Program-made: the position numbers and the translations under genes | Shown here: piece after piece, positions 50,689 through 61,021 of the stretch | Numbering within the stretch: position 1 is the first letter of the stretch | Layout: every line of letters starts with the position of its first letter | NCBI GenBank assembly: GCA_963803805.1 | Contig: CAWDOD010000003.1 | Location: forward strand, 352,001-416,000 | Length of the DNA: 64,000 nt | Direction of reading: 5' to 3' | Origin: an uncultured cyanobacterium | GTDB taxonomy: Bacteria; Cyanobacteriota; Cyanobacteriia; Cyanobacteriales; CAWCAG01 | Notes under the pieces: generated by a model | The model's database searches: none | The model's input: only the letters and a program-made list of their open reading frames with translations | What the model was told of the DNA's origin: nothing

Positions 50689-51294
50689 TCAACTGCTCAT
50701 AGTGGTAAATAGTTTGTAGGGCTGATAACAGTAATACTTGGGGCGTGAATCCAATCTGATATGAAGCCAGTGAACCCCTAGTCCTGATGTACTGACCCAA
50801 ATAGACTGCTTTTGCTCTTCAAGTTTCTGTCGTAGCGATCGCCCTAAAGTTTTCCACAACAAGTGCTGCTGAGAACTGGGTGCTTCTCGGACAAAATTTG
50901 CTAGATGAGTGCTAGCCGGTATGTCAGTAACAGGACAAGGCACGACTAATAAAGCATCTTTCCCTAGATTAGGAAAGGTAGCAACTTCTCTATTTGCCAA
51001 TTCAAAGTGTTGTTGGAAGTCACTATAATCTGGTTCTAGATTAGCTAACTTGGGACTATCGATTAGAACAAATTCAAATTCTCGCTGTACATTAGATTGA
51101 CTTACAGGTGGTGTTTCCCAAAAGTAAGCTGGCATGGAGGTATCGGCTAACAAAGAAATAAAAAATGTTCTAAAGCTTTCATCTTGTTGCCATAACTCAA
51201 TCACTTCTGAGTAAGCAATCTGCTTATCGCCTTTGAAAATAGAGATTTTCTGAATGCGCTCATTATCAATTAGTTCGCGTTTGGATTGCCACAT
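50689..51294 (-). CDS. Conserved hypothetical protein (DUF6940-like, HIT-like C-terminus)
   Basis: YFWETPP, FPNLGKDALLVVP, STSGLGVHWLHIRLDSRPKYY. Confidence 0.65.
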   Translation of the reverse strand: MWQSKRELIDNERIQKISIFKGDKQIAYSEVIELWQQDESFRTFFISLLADTSMPAYFWETPPVSQSNVQREFEFVLIDSPKLANLEPDYSDFQQHFELANREVATFPNLGKDALLVVPCPVTDIPASTHLANFVREAPSSQQHLLWKTLGRSLRQKLEEQKQSIWVSTSGLGVHWLHIRLDSRPKYYCYQPYKLFTTMSS

Positions 51295-51348
51295 ATTACT
51301 CTTTACAACTTTAACTTCAAAGAAATATTTCTTTTTTAATCCAAGTAC

Positions 51349-52989
51349 TTACCAACTAACTCTGCCATCTAACTTTTGTTGAGAACTTGGGCCGATACCA
51401 GACACCCTTTGTAAATCTTCTAGGGAAGTGAAGGGTTTTTCTTGGCGAGTAGCAATGATACGTTGGGCTAAAGCCGGTCCAATTCCTGGTAAAGTTTCTA
51501 ATTCTTGTTGAGTTGCCGTATTGATATTAACTAAACCTGAAACAGAATTAGGAGAAGAAACCGTCGTTATTTGAGAACAAGCTTTTTCTTCTGCTTTAAT
51601 TTTCTCCTGTAGTTTGACAGGAACTCCTAAGACGGCTGGAGCATACAAACGTTCAAATTCCCTAGAATAATGTGCGGCAATGACCGGATTTTCTAAAATT
51701 AAAACTGTTTCATCATTGTTATGATTAGCTGCTGCTGACCAATTATGGGAACCAGTAATCACAGTTTTACCATCTATCACAGCCATTTTGTGATGTAATT
51801 TATCACCCTTAGCTAACTGGGGTACACCAACATCAGCAATAGGCATTTGCCAAGGACGATTATTGGCTTCGTATTGGCATTTTTGACTTAAAGCAACTCC
51901 CAACATATCCAAGCCCTCGCTATAGTTACGAAAGGCAAAACTGGGGTCAATTAAACTACTAATTTTAACCCCTTGTTGTTGGCGAGTTTCTAGGACATTA
52001 ACTAGCTGCTGTTCTGTAAAGACGAAAAGAGCTAAATTTACCGATGTAGTACTACTAGCTAAGATTTTAGCAATCAAGCCATTACTGCTACTCTGCCAAG
52101 ATTGGCTAGGGGAGGTGGGAGAAAATGTTACAGTTACTTGAGTGTTGCCGATGCTAACTTGTTGGGGAGGGCGAGGGGGTTTTTGTAAACCAAACTTACT
52201 ATCAGGTTTTCCTTCAGGACCATCTCCCCACATTAAATTGAATTCTTGGCTGAAGATTTGCGCGAGTTTAGGATCGTTTATTTTGAGGAGATTATTGGCA
52301 TTACCACGACTGTCGGGATTATTAAAGTCCCCATGTATACCACTAGTGGTAAAGTTTGCTGAACCTGTTACCACTGTTCGCCCATCCACCACCACAAACT
52401 TATGGTGCATCAAGTCACTACCCTCAGAACCATCAGCAGTATCATCAATCAAAGGAACCCCAGCGTTGCGTAACATGACTAAAGCATCCCCTTGATTAAT
52501 TTCCTCGTTGCTAAGTTGTTTATCTTGGTTTTTATCAACCAAAGCAAGAAATTCTTGATAATTACCTCGTTCCCTTGGCTCTAATTTGGCAACTTCTGCC
52601 CTCGTTAAATCACTCCAAGGACGATTGTAAGTATTCTCGATAATAACCCTAACCTTAACCCCAGCTTGATGTTTCTCAAGGAGCGATCGCGCCACACCAG
52701 GCAACCGCAATTCTTGCACAGCAATATCAATACTAGATTGAGCCGCATTAATAGTTTCGATGATAAGTTGTTCTAAATTATCCCCAGGACGAGTTATTTT
52801 CCGGTAAGGTTCTTGATAATCTGCACCTTGAGCTTGATTATGATTAAAATAAACCTGAATAAAAGTATCTTGGGGTAACGGCAGGGGGCGATCGTTGGCA
52901 ACTTCCTCTTGTTTGGGACAGCTTTTCAACAAAAACAGAAAGGAAATTAAGGCTAAAGGTAGAAGTAGAAAAAGGCGATGCACTCTCAT
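51349..52989 (-). CDS. comA: Competence protein ComEA/ComA-type: PLD nuclease domains plus helix-hairpin-helix
   Basis: Two HKD motifs (MHHKFVVVD, LHHKMAVID); VNINTAT...LPGIGP HhH. Confidence 0.85.
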   Translation of the reverse strand: MRVHRLFLLLPLALISFLFLLKSCPKQEEVANDRPLPLPQDTFIQVYFNHNQAQGADYQEPYRKITRPGDNLEQLIIETINAAQSSIDIAVQELRLPGVARSLLEKHQAGVKVRVIIENTYNRPWSDLTRAEVAKLEPRERGNYQEFLALVDKNQDKQLSNEEINQGDALVMLRNAGVPLIDDTADGSEGSDLMHHKFVVVDGRTVVTGSANFTTSGIHGDFNNPDSRGNANNLLKINDPKLAQIFSQEFNLMWGDGPEGKPDSKFGLQKPPRPPQQVSIGNTQVTVTFSPTSPSQSWQSSSNGLIAKILASSTTSVNLALFVFTEQQLVNVLETRQQQGVKISSLIDPSFAFRNYSEGLDMLGVALSQKCQYEANNRPWQMPIADVGVPQLAKGDKLHHKMAVIDGKTVITGSHNWSAAANHNNDETVLILENPVIAAHYSREFERLYAPAVLGVPVKLQEKIKAEEKACSQITTVSSPNSVSGLVNINTATQQELETLPGIGPALAQRIIATRQEKPFTSLEDLQRVSGIGPSSQQKLDGRVSW

Positions 52990-53058
52990 TGGGTTAAGTT
53001 CAAAAGCCAGGGAAAAAGGGGGAAATGTTCATGTTTAATGATAAATGTTCAATGATAT

Positions 53059-54564
53059 TTAGCCAAACCAAGCTACATCTAAATAATTAATCCGGGCAAA
53101 AGGTTCTAAAGCCGCTAAAACTTCGCTGCCGTAGCTACGGTGGTTAACTCTATTGTCTAACAGCGCCACCCCTCCACCTGCTTCCCTAACAGGGATTACA
53201 GCCAATTGTAACTCCCTTACTGCCTCTGGTAAAAGATAGAGACGAAACCAATCTTGACGTTGACTTTTATAGTAAGCAACTCGACTAGCTACCAGGGGAT
53301 TTTCCAAAGAAGGAATAGGTAAGGTAGCAATTACAAAGAGTTGGGGAGTCGGTAATTTATCTTGATAGTTACGCCAGAACTCCCAACCGCAAACCAAAAT
53401 ACTATCGTCCTGGCATGACCGAAAAACTGTCTTTTCAACCTGAACCTTAGAACCAAACTCTGAAGCTAAAATGGTGGCAATTTGCGCTTTTAAAGGTACA
53501 TCACCAATAAGAATAACAATAGGTTTTTGTAAGTTACTACTTAAGCTAACTAAAGCCCTAACTTGGTGGGTTAAAGCATATTGATACTGAGGATTATTAG
53601 GTAAGGGTAAGCGTTCTGGCAAATAAAGGGGTAGTTCTCGATAGCGGTTGGGGGGAAATTTCAAACAGGTTAAATCCCCTAAACCAACTCTTTGGCGATA
53701 AGCTTCAGCTTGGGTATCCCGATCTAAGGCTTTACCAATAAGAATAAAGGGTTGTTGCGGCCAAACCTGGCTAAGCATGGGGGCCACCGAACCTGGTGCG
53801 ACGTGGAGAGTAAATTGACCTTTTTCTCTTATAACAAAAGTCCGTAGCATCTGATTATCACTTTGCCAACGCTGCCAAAATTGCTGAATTTTGCTAGGTA
53901 ACTGTTGCCAAGAAGCTAAGTTGGTTAATAAATTTCTTAAGCTTTCTTCCTCTTCACTATCCAATAAATAGCATTCATAGGGATTTTGGGGGCGAGAGAA
54001 AATCGCTTTGGTAAGCTGAATCCTTACATTACGAATTTGGTCAACCTGGGCTGTATAGTGAACCATTAATTCTTCCCATTCCTGGCTACCGAGATAATGG
54101 CTTAGTTGCTGACGAGTTAATTCTTCTAATTCGTTACCACCATCAATGAGGGTAGGAATATTTTTTGGAAAACGTCCTTGATTGTGGAGGCGATCTTCTA
54201 GCCAAGAAGAAATAGTTGTGAGTAAAATTCCTGAGAAATCATCTGTTTCTAACCAGCGATCGCTCTTTTTAAATTCTCGTTCTGTTTCTAACCAGGCTTG
54301 CAAAGGAGGAATAACTTCTTCAATTAATCTCTGTTGTTCTTGAGATGTAGTAACTAAGATAACTGGACTGTTCCACAATAAAGCATTGGTGAGGTAACTT
54401 AAAGCATATTGCTCTGGGGTAGTTCCTGTTTGGATCAAGGCAGGACGACCTAAACGTAAGGCTCGTGCTACTAATCTAGCCATGGTTAAATAGTGAGGCC
54501 AATTAGATTCACCTCGCTGGCGTAAAAAACCCCGTAGGGAAGAATGAACTTGTACCTCGATCAC
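53059..54564 (-). CDS. DinG-like helicase C-terminal domain protein (probably ATPase-degenerate)
   Basis: IATLPIPSLENP, WFRLYLLPEA, LLDNRV...YG; no intact Walker A or DEAH. Confidence 0.75.
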   Translation of the reverse strand: MIEVQVHSSLRGFLRQRGESNWPHYLTMARLVARALRLGRPALIQTGTTPEQYALSYLTNALLWNSPVILVTTSQEQQRLIEEVIPPLQAWLETEREFKKSDRWLETDDFSGILLTTISSWLEDRLHNQGRFPKNIPTLIDGGNELEELTRQQLSHYLGSQEWEELMVHYTAQVDQIRNVRIQLTKAIFSRPQNPYECYLLDSEEEESLRNLLTNLASWQQLPSKIQQFWQRWQSDNQMLRTFVIREKGQFTLHVAPGSVAPMLSQVWPQQPFILIGKALDRDTQAEAYRQRVGLGDLTCLKFPPNRYRELPLYLPERLPLPNNPQYQYALTHQVRALVSLSSNLQKPIVILIGDVPLKAQIATILASEFGSKVQVEKTVFRSCQDDSILVCGWEFWRNYQDKLPTPQLFVIATLPIPSLENPLVASRVAYYKSQRQDWFRLYLLPEAVRELQLAVIPVREAGGGVALLDNRVNHRSYGSEVLAALEPFARINYLDVAWFG

Positions 54565-54702
54565 TTTTGTTCCTAGTCATTAACTTGCTCCACTATTAAT
54601 TTATGCACATCACCATAGCAATTGCAGCGAAGCATAATCGATAACTGAATTATTGATCAATTGATCATTGATATCTGTTCGGCTTGTCGTTGCCCCTAGA
54701 CA

Positions 54703-56103
54703 TCATTGATTAACTGACTCTGGTTCTGGGGAATCAAACTCTTTGATAAAATCAATAGCTGTGCTTAAAGAGGGTACTTTCCCTCCTTCAGTGACTCCAT
54801 TCGCCTTAACAGGTTCTTCTTGGGCGACAGAACCCCTTAACCAACGTTTGCCAAAGTGGGGATGGCGATAAAGATCCATTTTCTGGGAACTAGAGTTGGT
54901 AAGAATTATATGGGTAGGAGCTTGAAAAAAACTAGCGCTTTGGGCTAATAGTGAGTCTAGTCGGTGTACTTTAACTGATTTCAAAGTTCTGATAACCTGA
55001 ATTAAAGTTTTGCTTAGTTGCTGCATACCTTGGCGCTTTTTTTGATTAACTTGCTCAGGGTTATGAGATTGTAAGTTGTGGACGATGCCAATTAAATTGT
55101 GTCGAGCAGCGATCGCATCGCTAAAGGGAAAAACGGCTAGATAAGCAATAGTAAATAGTTGATCGTTGCTATCAACCCGAAATTTTAAAGTGGTTTTACG
55201 CCCTTTAAGTTCAATGGTGGGGGGATGACTTAAACCCGGATAAACCAAGGAAATTTGTCGATAGATTGCGGCTAAGGCGAGATTAGCATCAAAATCCAAA
55301 TGAGCGTCAATATTAATTTGAACTGTGGGTAAAGTTTCTTCAAAGAAACTATGAATTGTTTCTGGGGTGAATTTATGAATTTGAGAGCGATCGCCCCCAG
55401 AACTTAAATCAACCCATTCACAGACTAAACTTTCGGTTTTCAGCCCAAAACGGGAAGCCCCATAAAGCTTGGCTCCGGTTAAAGTGGCCCCTGTCAAGTC
55501 AGCACCAATCCAATCTGCTTCCATTAAATTAGCTTGGGTAAGATTGGCATGAACTAAACTGGTGTTGCGTAAGTTAGCATTGCTCAAGTTTGCTCCCACC
55601 AAATTGGCCCCACTCAACTTAGCCCCTTGCAAATCTGCCCAACTTAAATCTGCTCCTTGTAAATCTGCCCAGCGTAAATTAGCCCCTCTGAGGTCAGAAC
55701 CACTTAGTTTCGCTCGATTCAAAGCTGTTTGGCGCAATTCTGCCCCTCTGAGGTTAGTAGAGATTAATTCGCTACGACGTAGGTTGGCTCCATTGAGGTT
55801 AGCCTTTTCTAAATTAGCGCGATTGAGACAAGCCCCTTGAAGATTGGCTTGGCTTAAGCTACTATAGCTCAGGTTGGCATCGGATAAATCTGCACTATTG
55901 CTAATTCTGGCCACATTGAGTTGAGCATAGCTGAGGTTAGCACGCTTTAAAATCGCTCCGCTTAAGTTAGCAGCATTTAAGTTAGCTTGGGTTAGATTTG
56001 CACCACTGAGGTTTATGCTGCTCAAGTTCGCCTCTCTGAGGTCAACGGCGGTAAAATCCCTGATACCAGAAGTATATCTCTTCGTAAGTTCTGTAACTCT
56101 CAT
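54703..56103 (-). CDS. Pentapeptide-repeat protein with unique C-terminal domain
   Basis: About 40 A(N/D)Lxx repeats in the N-terminal half. Confidence 0.93.
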   Translation of the reverse strand: MRVTELTKRYTSGIRDFTAVDLREANLSSINLSGANLTQANLNAANLSGAILKRANLSYAQLNVARISNSADLSDANLSYSSLSQANLQGACLNRANLEKANLNGANLRRSELISTNLRGAELRQTALNRAKLSGSDLRGANLRWADLQGADLSWADLQGAKLSGANLVGANLSNANLRNTSLVHANLTQANLMEADWIGADLTGATLTGAKLYGASRFGLKTESLVCEWVDLSSGGDRSQIHKFTPETIHSFFEETLPTVQINIDAHLDFDANLALAAIYRQISLVYPGLSHPPTIELKGRKTTLKFRVDSNDQLFTIAYLAVFPFSDAIAARHNLIGIVHNLQSHNPEQVNQKKRQGMQQLSKTLIQVIRTLKSVKVHRLDSLLAQSASFFQAPTHIILTNSSSQKMDLYRHPHFGKRWLRGSVAQEEPVKANGVTEGGKVPSLSTAIDFIKEFDSPEPESVNQ

Positions 56104-56279
56104 TAAAATTTCTCTTTAAACAATTGCAAAAATTGCAAGTTGGTTTTAGATCGGACGATACCTCCTAGCTAAGATTTATGGTCTGGACAACTAATGAGCA
56201 GAATTTAGATAAGCTATTTTTATCTACAGGTAGTGTAAACAGAATTCCCAAAAGGGCTTTTCTATAAGCAAGGGTAAAA

Positions 56280-57131
56280 ATGAAGGTAGGAATCGTTGGT
56301 TTAGGCTTAATTGGTGGCTCATTAGGGCTAGACTTGCGATCGCTAGGTTTTCAGGTTTTAGGAATCTCTCGTCGAGAAAAAACCTGTCGGCAAGCTTTAG
56401 ATCAGAAGATAGTAGATGAGGCTAGTGTGAGTTTGAGCCTCTTGAGAAAAGCCGAGCTTGTCTTCGTTTGTACTCCTATCGCTGCGATCGCCACTACCGT
56501 AGAACAGTTGGTTCCCTATCTTAATGCCGACGCTATCATTACTGATGTTGGTTCGGTTAAGATGCCAATTATAGAACCTTGTTCGCAATTATGGGCTAAT
56601 TTTGTGGGGGGACATCCCATGGCAGGGACGGCTGAACAAGGCATCAGCGCAGCACAAAAGCAGTTGTTTTCTGGTGCAGCTTACGTTTTAACCCCCAATG
56701 CAAGAACCTCTTGGACTGCGGTGCAAAGAGTTCAAGAAATTGCTAAACTACTGGGGGCAAAAACTTATATTTGTCCCCCAGAAATCCATGATAAAGCGGT
56801 GGCTTGGATTTCTCATCTACCTTTGATAGTAAGTGCAGGTTTAATCGCCTCTTGTGTGGCGGAAGCAGACCCAAAAGTGTTAGAGTTAGCTAGGAATTTA
56901 GCTAGTTCTGGATTTCGAGATACTAGTAGGGTAGGAGGAGGTAATCCAGAATTAGGCTTAATGATTGCTAATTACAATCGCCAAGCCCTGCTGCGATCAC
57001 TTTATCAATATCGCCACAGTTTAAACTCTATAATAGAAAATATAGAACAAGAAGATTGGGTGCATTTGGAAGAATTCTTGGCTTTAACAAAGAAAGAAAG
57101 GCCTTCATTTATCAAGAATCCTTCTCAGTAA
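56280..57131 (+). CDS. tyrA: Prephenate/arogenate dehydrogenase
   Basis: GLGLIGGS, TDVGSVK, GGHPMAG, HDKAVAWISHLP, GFRDTSR. Confidence 0.95.
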   Translation: MKVGIVGLGLIGGSLGLDLRSLGFQVLGISRREKTCRQALDQKIVDEASVSLSLLRKAELVFVCTPIAAIATTVEQLVPYLNADAIITDVGSVKMPIIEPCSQLWANFVGGHPMAGTAEQGISAAQKQLFSGAAYVLTPNARTSWTAVQRVQEIAKLLGAKTYICPPEIHDKAVAWISHLPLIVSAGLIASCVAEADPKVLELARNLASSGFRDTSRVGGGNPELGLMIANYNRQALLRSLYQYRHSLNSIIENIEQEDWVHLEEFLALTKKERPSFIKNPSQ

Positions 57132-57390
57132 GTTTGAGGGTACTATCTACTGCTCCAAATATTTTCCACAAAAGTATTTTTTTACTTGTTAGGGTGTTGT
57201 CACAATTTCTCTGACAGAAACCTAGCAAAAGAGTCATCAGGTTCTTTTTTCTTCTTGCTAATTCATCTACTTAAAAAAACTAATTTTCCAACATTTTATT
57301 AAATCTGGAAAATCTAGTTATGATAATGAATCTAAGCCATATAGATATAGTTTTTTTGACTTTTTCGAGAAATTTGAGGAAACAGAGCCA

Positions 57391-58044
57391 GTGAGAATCT
57401 CTACTTTTACACTATCAATTAAAAAAGCTATTCCTGTTAATAAAGCCAGCAAAGATAACCAAAAAATGGTAGCCGGCTACTTTTTAAGTATATCTAACTT
57501 AGCCAACCGAGATTTCAGACTAAGAATTGAGTTTACTTTAACCCAACTAAGTTTGCCTTCTGAACAAGCTAATTTTGAAGGGAAAGCTATTTTGGCCTGT
57601 GATTTAACAGGAAACATTACTTATCTTTCTTTAAATCAATCTCCTACCAACAAAAATAAGTATAGTAGTTATTTTACGATTCCTGCTAAAGAAACAATTT
57701 CTATTGAGCTACTTCCTGAACTCAGCAATAACCTACCCAATTACAACGGTGATTTAGAAGCAAGTGGCTTTGTATCTTTGTTATTGCCAGCTAATCTCAA
57801 TTTCTCAACTCGTCGCGTAGAGTCCCAAAGTCAAACTCCGGTGGAGTTCATCTTACATCCAGAAATACGCAGCGCAGTTATTCAAACTGATGAAGCTATC
57901 AAAAGTCCGGCTCATCTTAACTTTAACAAAGTGGTTTCTACCCTATCAACTACAAATGAGAACCCCTTAGTTTGTTTGGAACCAGAACCCGGTTATCCCC
58001 TCTTTTTTGAGCCAGATATTATTGCTAATATTTCTTTACCTTAG
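57391..58044 (+). CDS. Hypothetical protein
   Basis: 217-aa ORF, GTG start with GAGGA RBS; GYFLSISNL motif. Confidence 0.6.
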   Translation: MRISTFTLSIKKAIPVNKASKDNQKMVAGYFLSISNLANRDFRLRIEFTLTQLSLPSEQANFEGKAILACDLTGNITYLSLNQSPTNKNKYSSYFTIPAKETISIELLPELSNNLPNYNGDLEASGFVSLLLPANLNFSTRRVESQSQTPVEFILHPEIRSAVIQTDEAIKSPAHLNFNKVVSTLSTTNENPLVCLEPEPGYPLFFEPDIIANISLP

Positions 58045-58146
58045 AGAATTTAGAGAATAGGGAATAGGAAATACAGACCACTACTCCCTACCTCCATAAA
58101 TAACCTGTGTAACTAGAACGGATTTGGTATAAGAATAGCTATAGTC

Positions 58147-58632
58147 TTAAACAAGAATAGTAAACTCAAGTACATCATAATCATTACCCCGGAGTACAGA
58201 CTCAGTTTGTTTGCCTCTAAGTCGCTTGTTTAAAAAAGCTTCCAATATTCCTTGAATAGCTCCTAAAGTATAAGTACATTGGCGAGAAGAACCTTCTTCT
58301 TCAGCAAAAGAACAAACGGTTTCTTTCGCATAAACTTTGTATACTCCTCCTTCAACAATTATTTCATCAACAATGCAAAGACGAGTCCCTTCTTTACCTA
58401 AAGCCTTGTTTACTAATAATTGAATATCTGCCAGACTTTTTTCTTGTTCTTGATCTACTAAACCTAGTTCTTTGGCTAAAGTTTTACCCCTTTGGCGACC
58501 GGCAGAAATCATGGCGATCGCCGCGGCTTTTGCTCCTAATGCTTCTTCAACACCAGTGATAATTGCTTTGAGGCAAACTACGCTACTAAAATGGCCTAAT
58601 TCTTTTCTTAATGATTTTTGAGCGACGGACAT
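58147..58632 (-). CDS. V4R-like small ligand-binding protein
   Basis: AGRQRG, ETVCS, CTYTLGAIQGILE, TESVLRG.DY..LEF. Confidence 0.7.
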   Translation of the reverse strand: MSVAQKSLRKELGHFSSVVCLKAIITGVEEALGAKAAAIAMISAGRQRGKTLAKELGLVDQEQEKSLADIQLLVNKALGKEGTRLCIVDEIIVEGGVYKVYAKETVCSFAEEEGSSRQCTYTLGAIQGILEAFLNKRLRGKQTESVLRGNDYDVLEFTILV

Positions 58633-58685
58633 ATTATTTCCTCTTCAATTGTTGAGTTTGCTGGTATTTTGGTAGTAAGCTATAA

Positions 58686-59540
58686 CTAAACTTTGTTACG
58701 TAAAAAGCCTACTAAGTTATTCAAAAAAGATTCACTAATATCTTGAGTTGAGTCTGTTTTAGCCACCGCTGATTGCATTGCTTCTACTTGAGAATTTTGG
58801 ACTGTGTTATCTAGGGATAGCAGAGGTAATTCTTCTACTAAACCTACTACGATTAAGCGAAAAGCAATTTGCTGTACCTGGGCAATACTTAGCTTAAGCT
58901 GTTGGCTTATTTCCTTTAAGGAGGTAGCGCCATCAGTAAATTCCCAAACCTGCCATTCTAGTTGGTTAATACGGACTTTAGGCTTACCTTCAATTTGGCT
59001 GAACAAAGCTGAAGTAGATTCAGGGAGTTTATCTTGGAGATTTGACCAATCTTTGAGGGCCCGTAAACCGGCTAAGGTAACTTCTGTAGCTGGGGTACTT
59101 AAACCTGTCATTTCTGCCCAAGGTAAGGACGCTTGGTTATCAAACTCAAAGTTACCGTTGGCATAGGTAAATAAAGCGCAAACTTGGCGCAAAACCTGTA
59201 CAGAAAAGAGAATTTTTAACTGTTCTGGTTGCAATATTCCTTGGGATTTAAGCTGCAAACCTAAAGGAATATCCGCAGATAAATTTTGACTTAGTTGAGA
59301 AGCTATCTCCTTGTTTAACCAACCACGTTTATGAATTGAAGAAAGCAAACCGTTACCATCCAAACGGTTAGCAGCACCCATAATACGACCTTGACGGAAC
59401 CAAACATAGTGACTTTGGATGACTCCTGACTCAAAGTTTGGTAGGGCGCGAATAGTTAGCAGTCCTGTTTTGTTACCTCTATCGAGAAACTGAAACAACT
59501 CTGCTAAGGAAAATTCTGATAAATATCCAGTAATAGCCAT
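58686..59540 (-). CDS. DUF4388 (PATAN-like) protein with C-terminal winged helix
   Basis: GYLSEFSLAELFQFL...KTGLLTI, WFRQGRI, GNFEF, EWQVWEFTDG. Confidence 0.85.
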   Translation of the reverse strand: MAITGYLSEFSLAELFQFLDRGNKTGLLTIRALPNFESGVIQSHYVWFRQGRIMGAANRLDGNGLLSSIHKRGWLNKEIASQLSQNLSADIPLGLQLKSQGILQPEQLKILFSVQVLRQVCALFTYANGNFEFDNQASLPWAEMTGLSTPATEVTLAGLRALKDWSNLQDKLPESTSALFSQIEGKPKVRINQLEWQVWEFTDGATSLKEISQQLKLSIAQVQQIAFRLIVVGLVEELPLLSLDNTVQNSQVEAMQSAVAKTDSTQDISESFLNNLVGFLRNKV

Positions 59541-59551
59541 GATCTTTCTAA

Positions 59552-60118
59552 CTACACCAAGGTTTTTTGCCTCAACTGCTGTACTAAAGCAATTATTGCT
59601 TGTGCTACCGAAGCAGCCTCATTAGCATTGACTTTGATTATGGGTGGGCGTTGACTTTCTTCTGGCAATCCCAAAGCAACAGCAATATTATCTTCTTGCC
59701 ATGCCCCTTGACAGTCACTATGGGTAATACCGATAATCATCGGGACTTGAGTGCGTTGATTCATGAAACTCATGATTCGCCGGGCATAACGAAATTCATT
59801 AGGACGATGGGCAGCTACTAAAAGAATATAAGCATGGGCTTTTTGAATGAGAATATCCCACATAAAGTTAAATCTTGCTTGTCCAGGTGTACCGTAAAGA
59901 TGCAGTGCCATATCTAGCCCAAACTGCAACCGACCAAAGTCAAAAGCGACAGTGGTTTGAGGTTTGATACTGGTGGTTTCGTCAGTAGCTTTTCTATCGG
60001 TATCTACTACTTCAATCTCACTAACAGAACGAATGAAGCTAGATTTTCCCGCTCCTACAGGCCCTGTAACGACCAAGCGCATTATTTCCATGAGTTTGTT
60101 GGCGTAGGCAGTTATCAA
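59552..60118 (-). CDS. MglA/CvnD-like small Ras-like GTPase (ATG at 60091 plausible)
   Basis: GPVGAGKS, TTVAFDFG, LYGTPGQARFNFMW, THSD. Confidence 0.9.
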   Translation of the reverse strand: MITAYANKLMEIMRLVVTGPVGAGKSSFIRSVSEIEVVDTDRKATDETTSIKPQTTVAFDFGRLQFGLDMALHLYGTPGQARFNFMWDILIQKAHAYILLVAAHRPNEFRYARRIMSFMNQRTQVPMIIGITHSDCQGAWQEDNIAVALGLPEESQRPPIIKVNANEAASVAQAIIALVQQLRQKTLV

Positions 60119-60136
60119 TTAATTAATGATTGACCC

Positions 60137-60508
60137 TTACATTAAGGCTGGTTTTATTTCGGTAATTGCTCGCTTGATTTCTAGCATTAGTACCCCTTGT
60201 TTAGCAGCTTTGTTGGCTAGGACTAAGAAAACTGCATCTTCGCCACAACTAGTTAAGATGCCGTAGCCGGCATCTCCTTCAACATAGATTCTGTCCACCA
60301 CACCTCGATGTAGTTCACTGGAGATTCTTTCACCTAATGACAGCATTGCCGCAGACATAGCGGAAACCCTTTCTTCATCCATGCTGCCCGGTAAAATTGT
60401 TGCTAAGGGTAAGCCATCGGGGGTTACTAAGGCTGCACCAACAACATCGTTGGTGGCAGTGACAAAGTTTTGAATAATACTGCCTAATTTTTCTGTATTA
60501 ATTGCCAT
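60137..60508 (-). CDS. Roadblock/LC7 (MglB-like) protein
   Basis: GAALVTPDGL, ERVSAMSAAMLSLGER, IYVEG..GY. Confidence 0.9.
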   Translation of the reverse strand: MAINTEKLGSIIQNFVTATNDVVGAALVTPDGLPLATILPGSMDEERVSAMSAAMLSLGERISSELHRGVVDRIYVEGDAGYGILTSCGEDAVFLVLANKAAKQGVLMLEIKRAITEIKPALM

Positions 60509-60841
60509 AATTTTTCCCTTTTCTTCTTTGAAGTGAGACGCTAAGGTTTGAGAACTAAAGTTTAGGAAGAGAAGGAGTATTTTAATTCTATTCCAGAAAA
60601 GTTTGTTTGTAAAAACTCTTCTGAAATTCGATTTTTTCTAGCTGGTAAATCTGGAGATAATAACATGAACAAACCTCTTCTTTTGTACTATTTATTTTTC
60701 GTAGACCCTGAAAGCTAGTTTGAACGAATTAATTTGCTGGCTTCAACACATTTATTGGTTACATAACAAATTATTTTCTCTTTAACAAAAGGAAAAGTAA
60801 TGGTAGAAGCCTTGTTTTTTATGGTAATCTGGACTTCAGAT

Positions 60842-60867
60842 AATATCAAGCTTATAAGCTTGATATT
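60842..60867. promoter_or_regulatory. Perfect 26-bp palindrome upstream of the roadblock operon
   Basis: AATATCAAGCTTATAAGCTTGATATT equals its own reverse complement. Confidence 0.5.
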
Positions 60868-61021
60868 CCTTTTCTCTATTGTCTAACTATATACTTGAGA
60901 TATCCTACAGCGTTATTACTTATTTTCCGGAATGATATAAAAAGATTGCTTAATATAAGCAAAAGATAACCTTTAAGTGTCTTCTTTCTTACATTTACTG
61001 GTTAAAATGATTGTTTCAATA

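Noticed and set aside
50555-50800. 81-aa minus-strand ORF and other short nested ORFs in the track
   Set aside because: They overlap well-supported genes in other frames and lack motifs or RBS.
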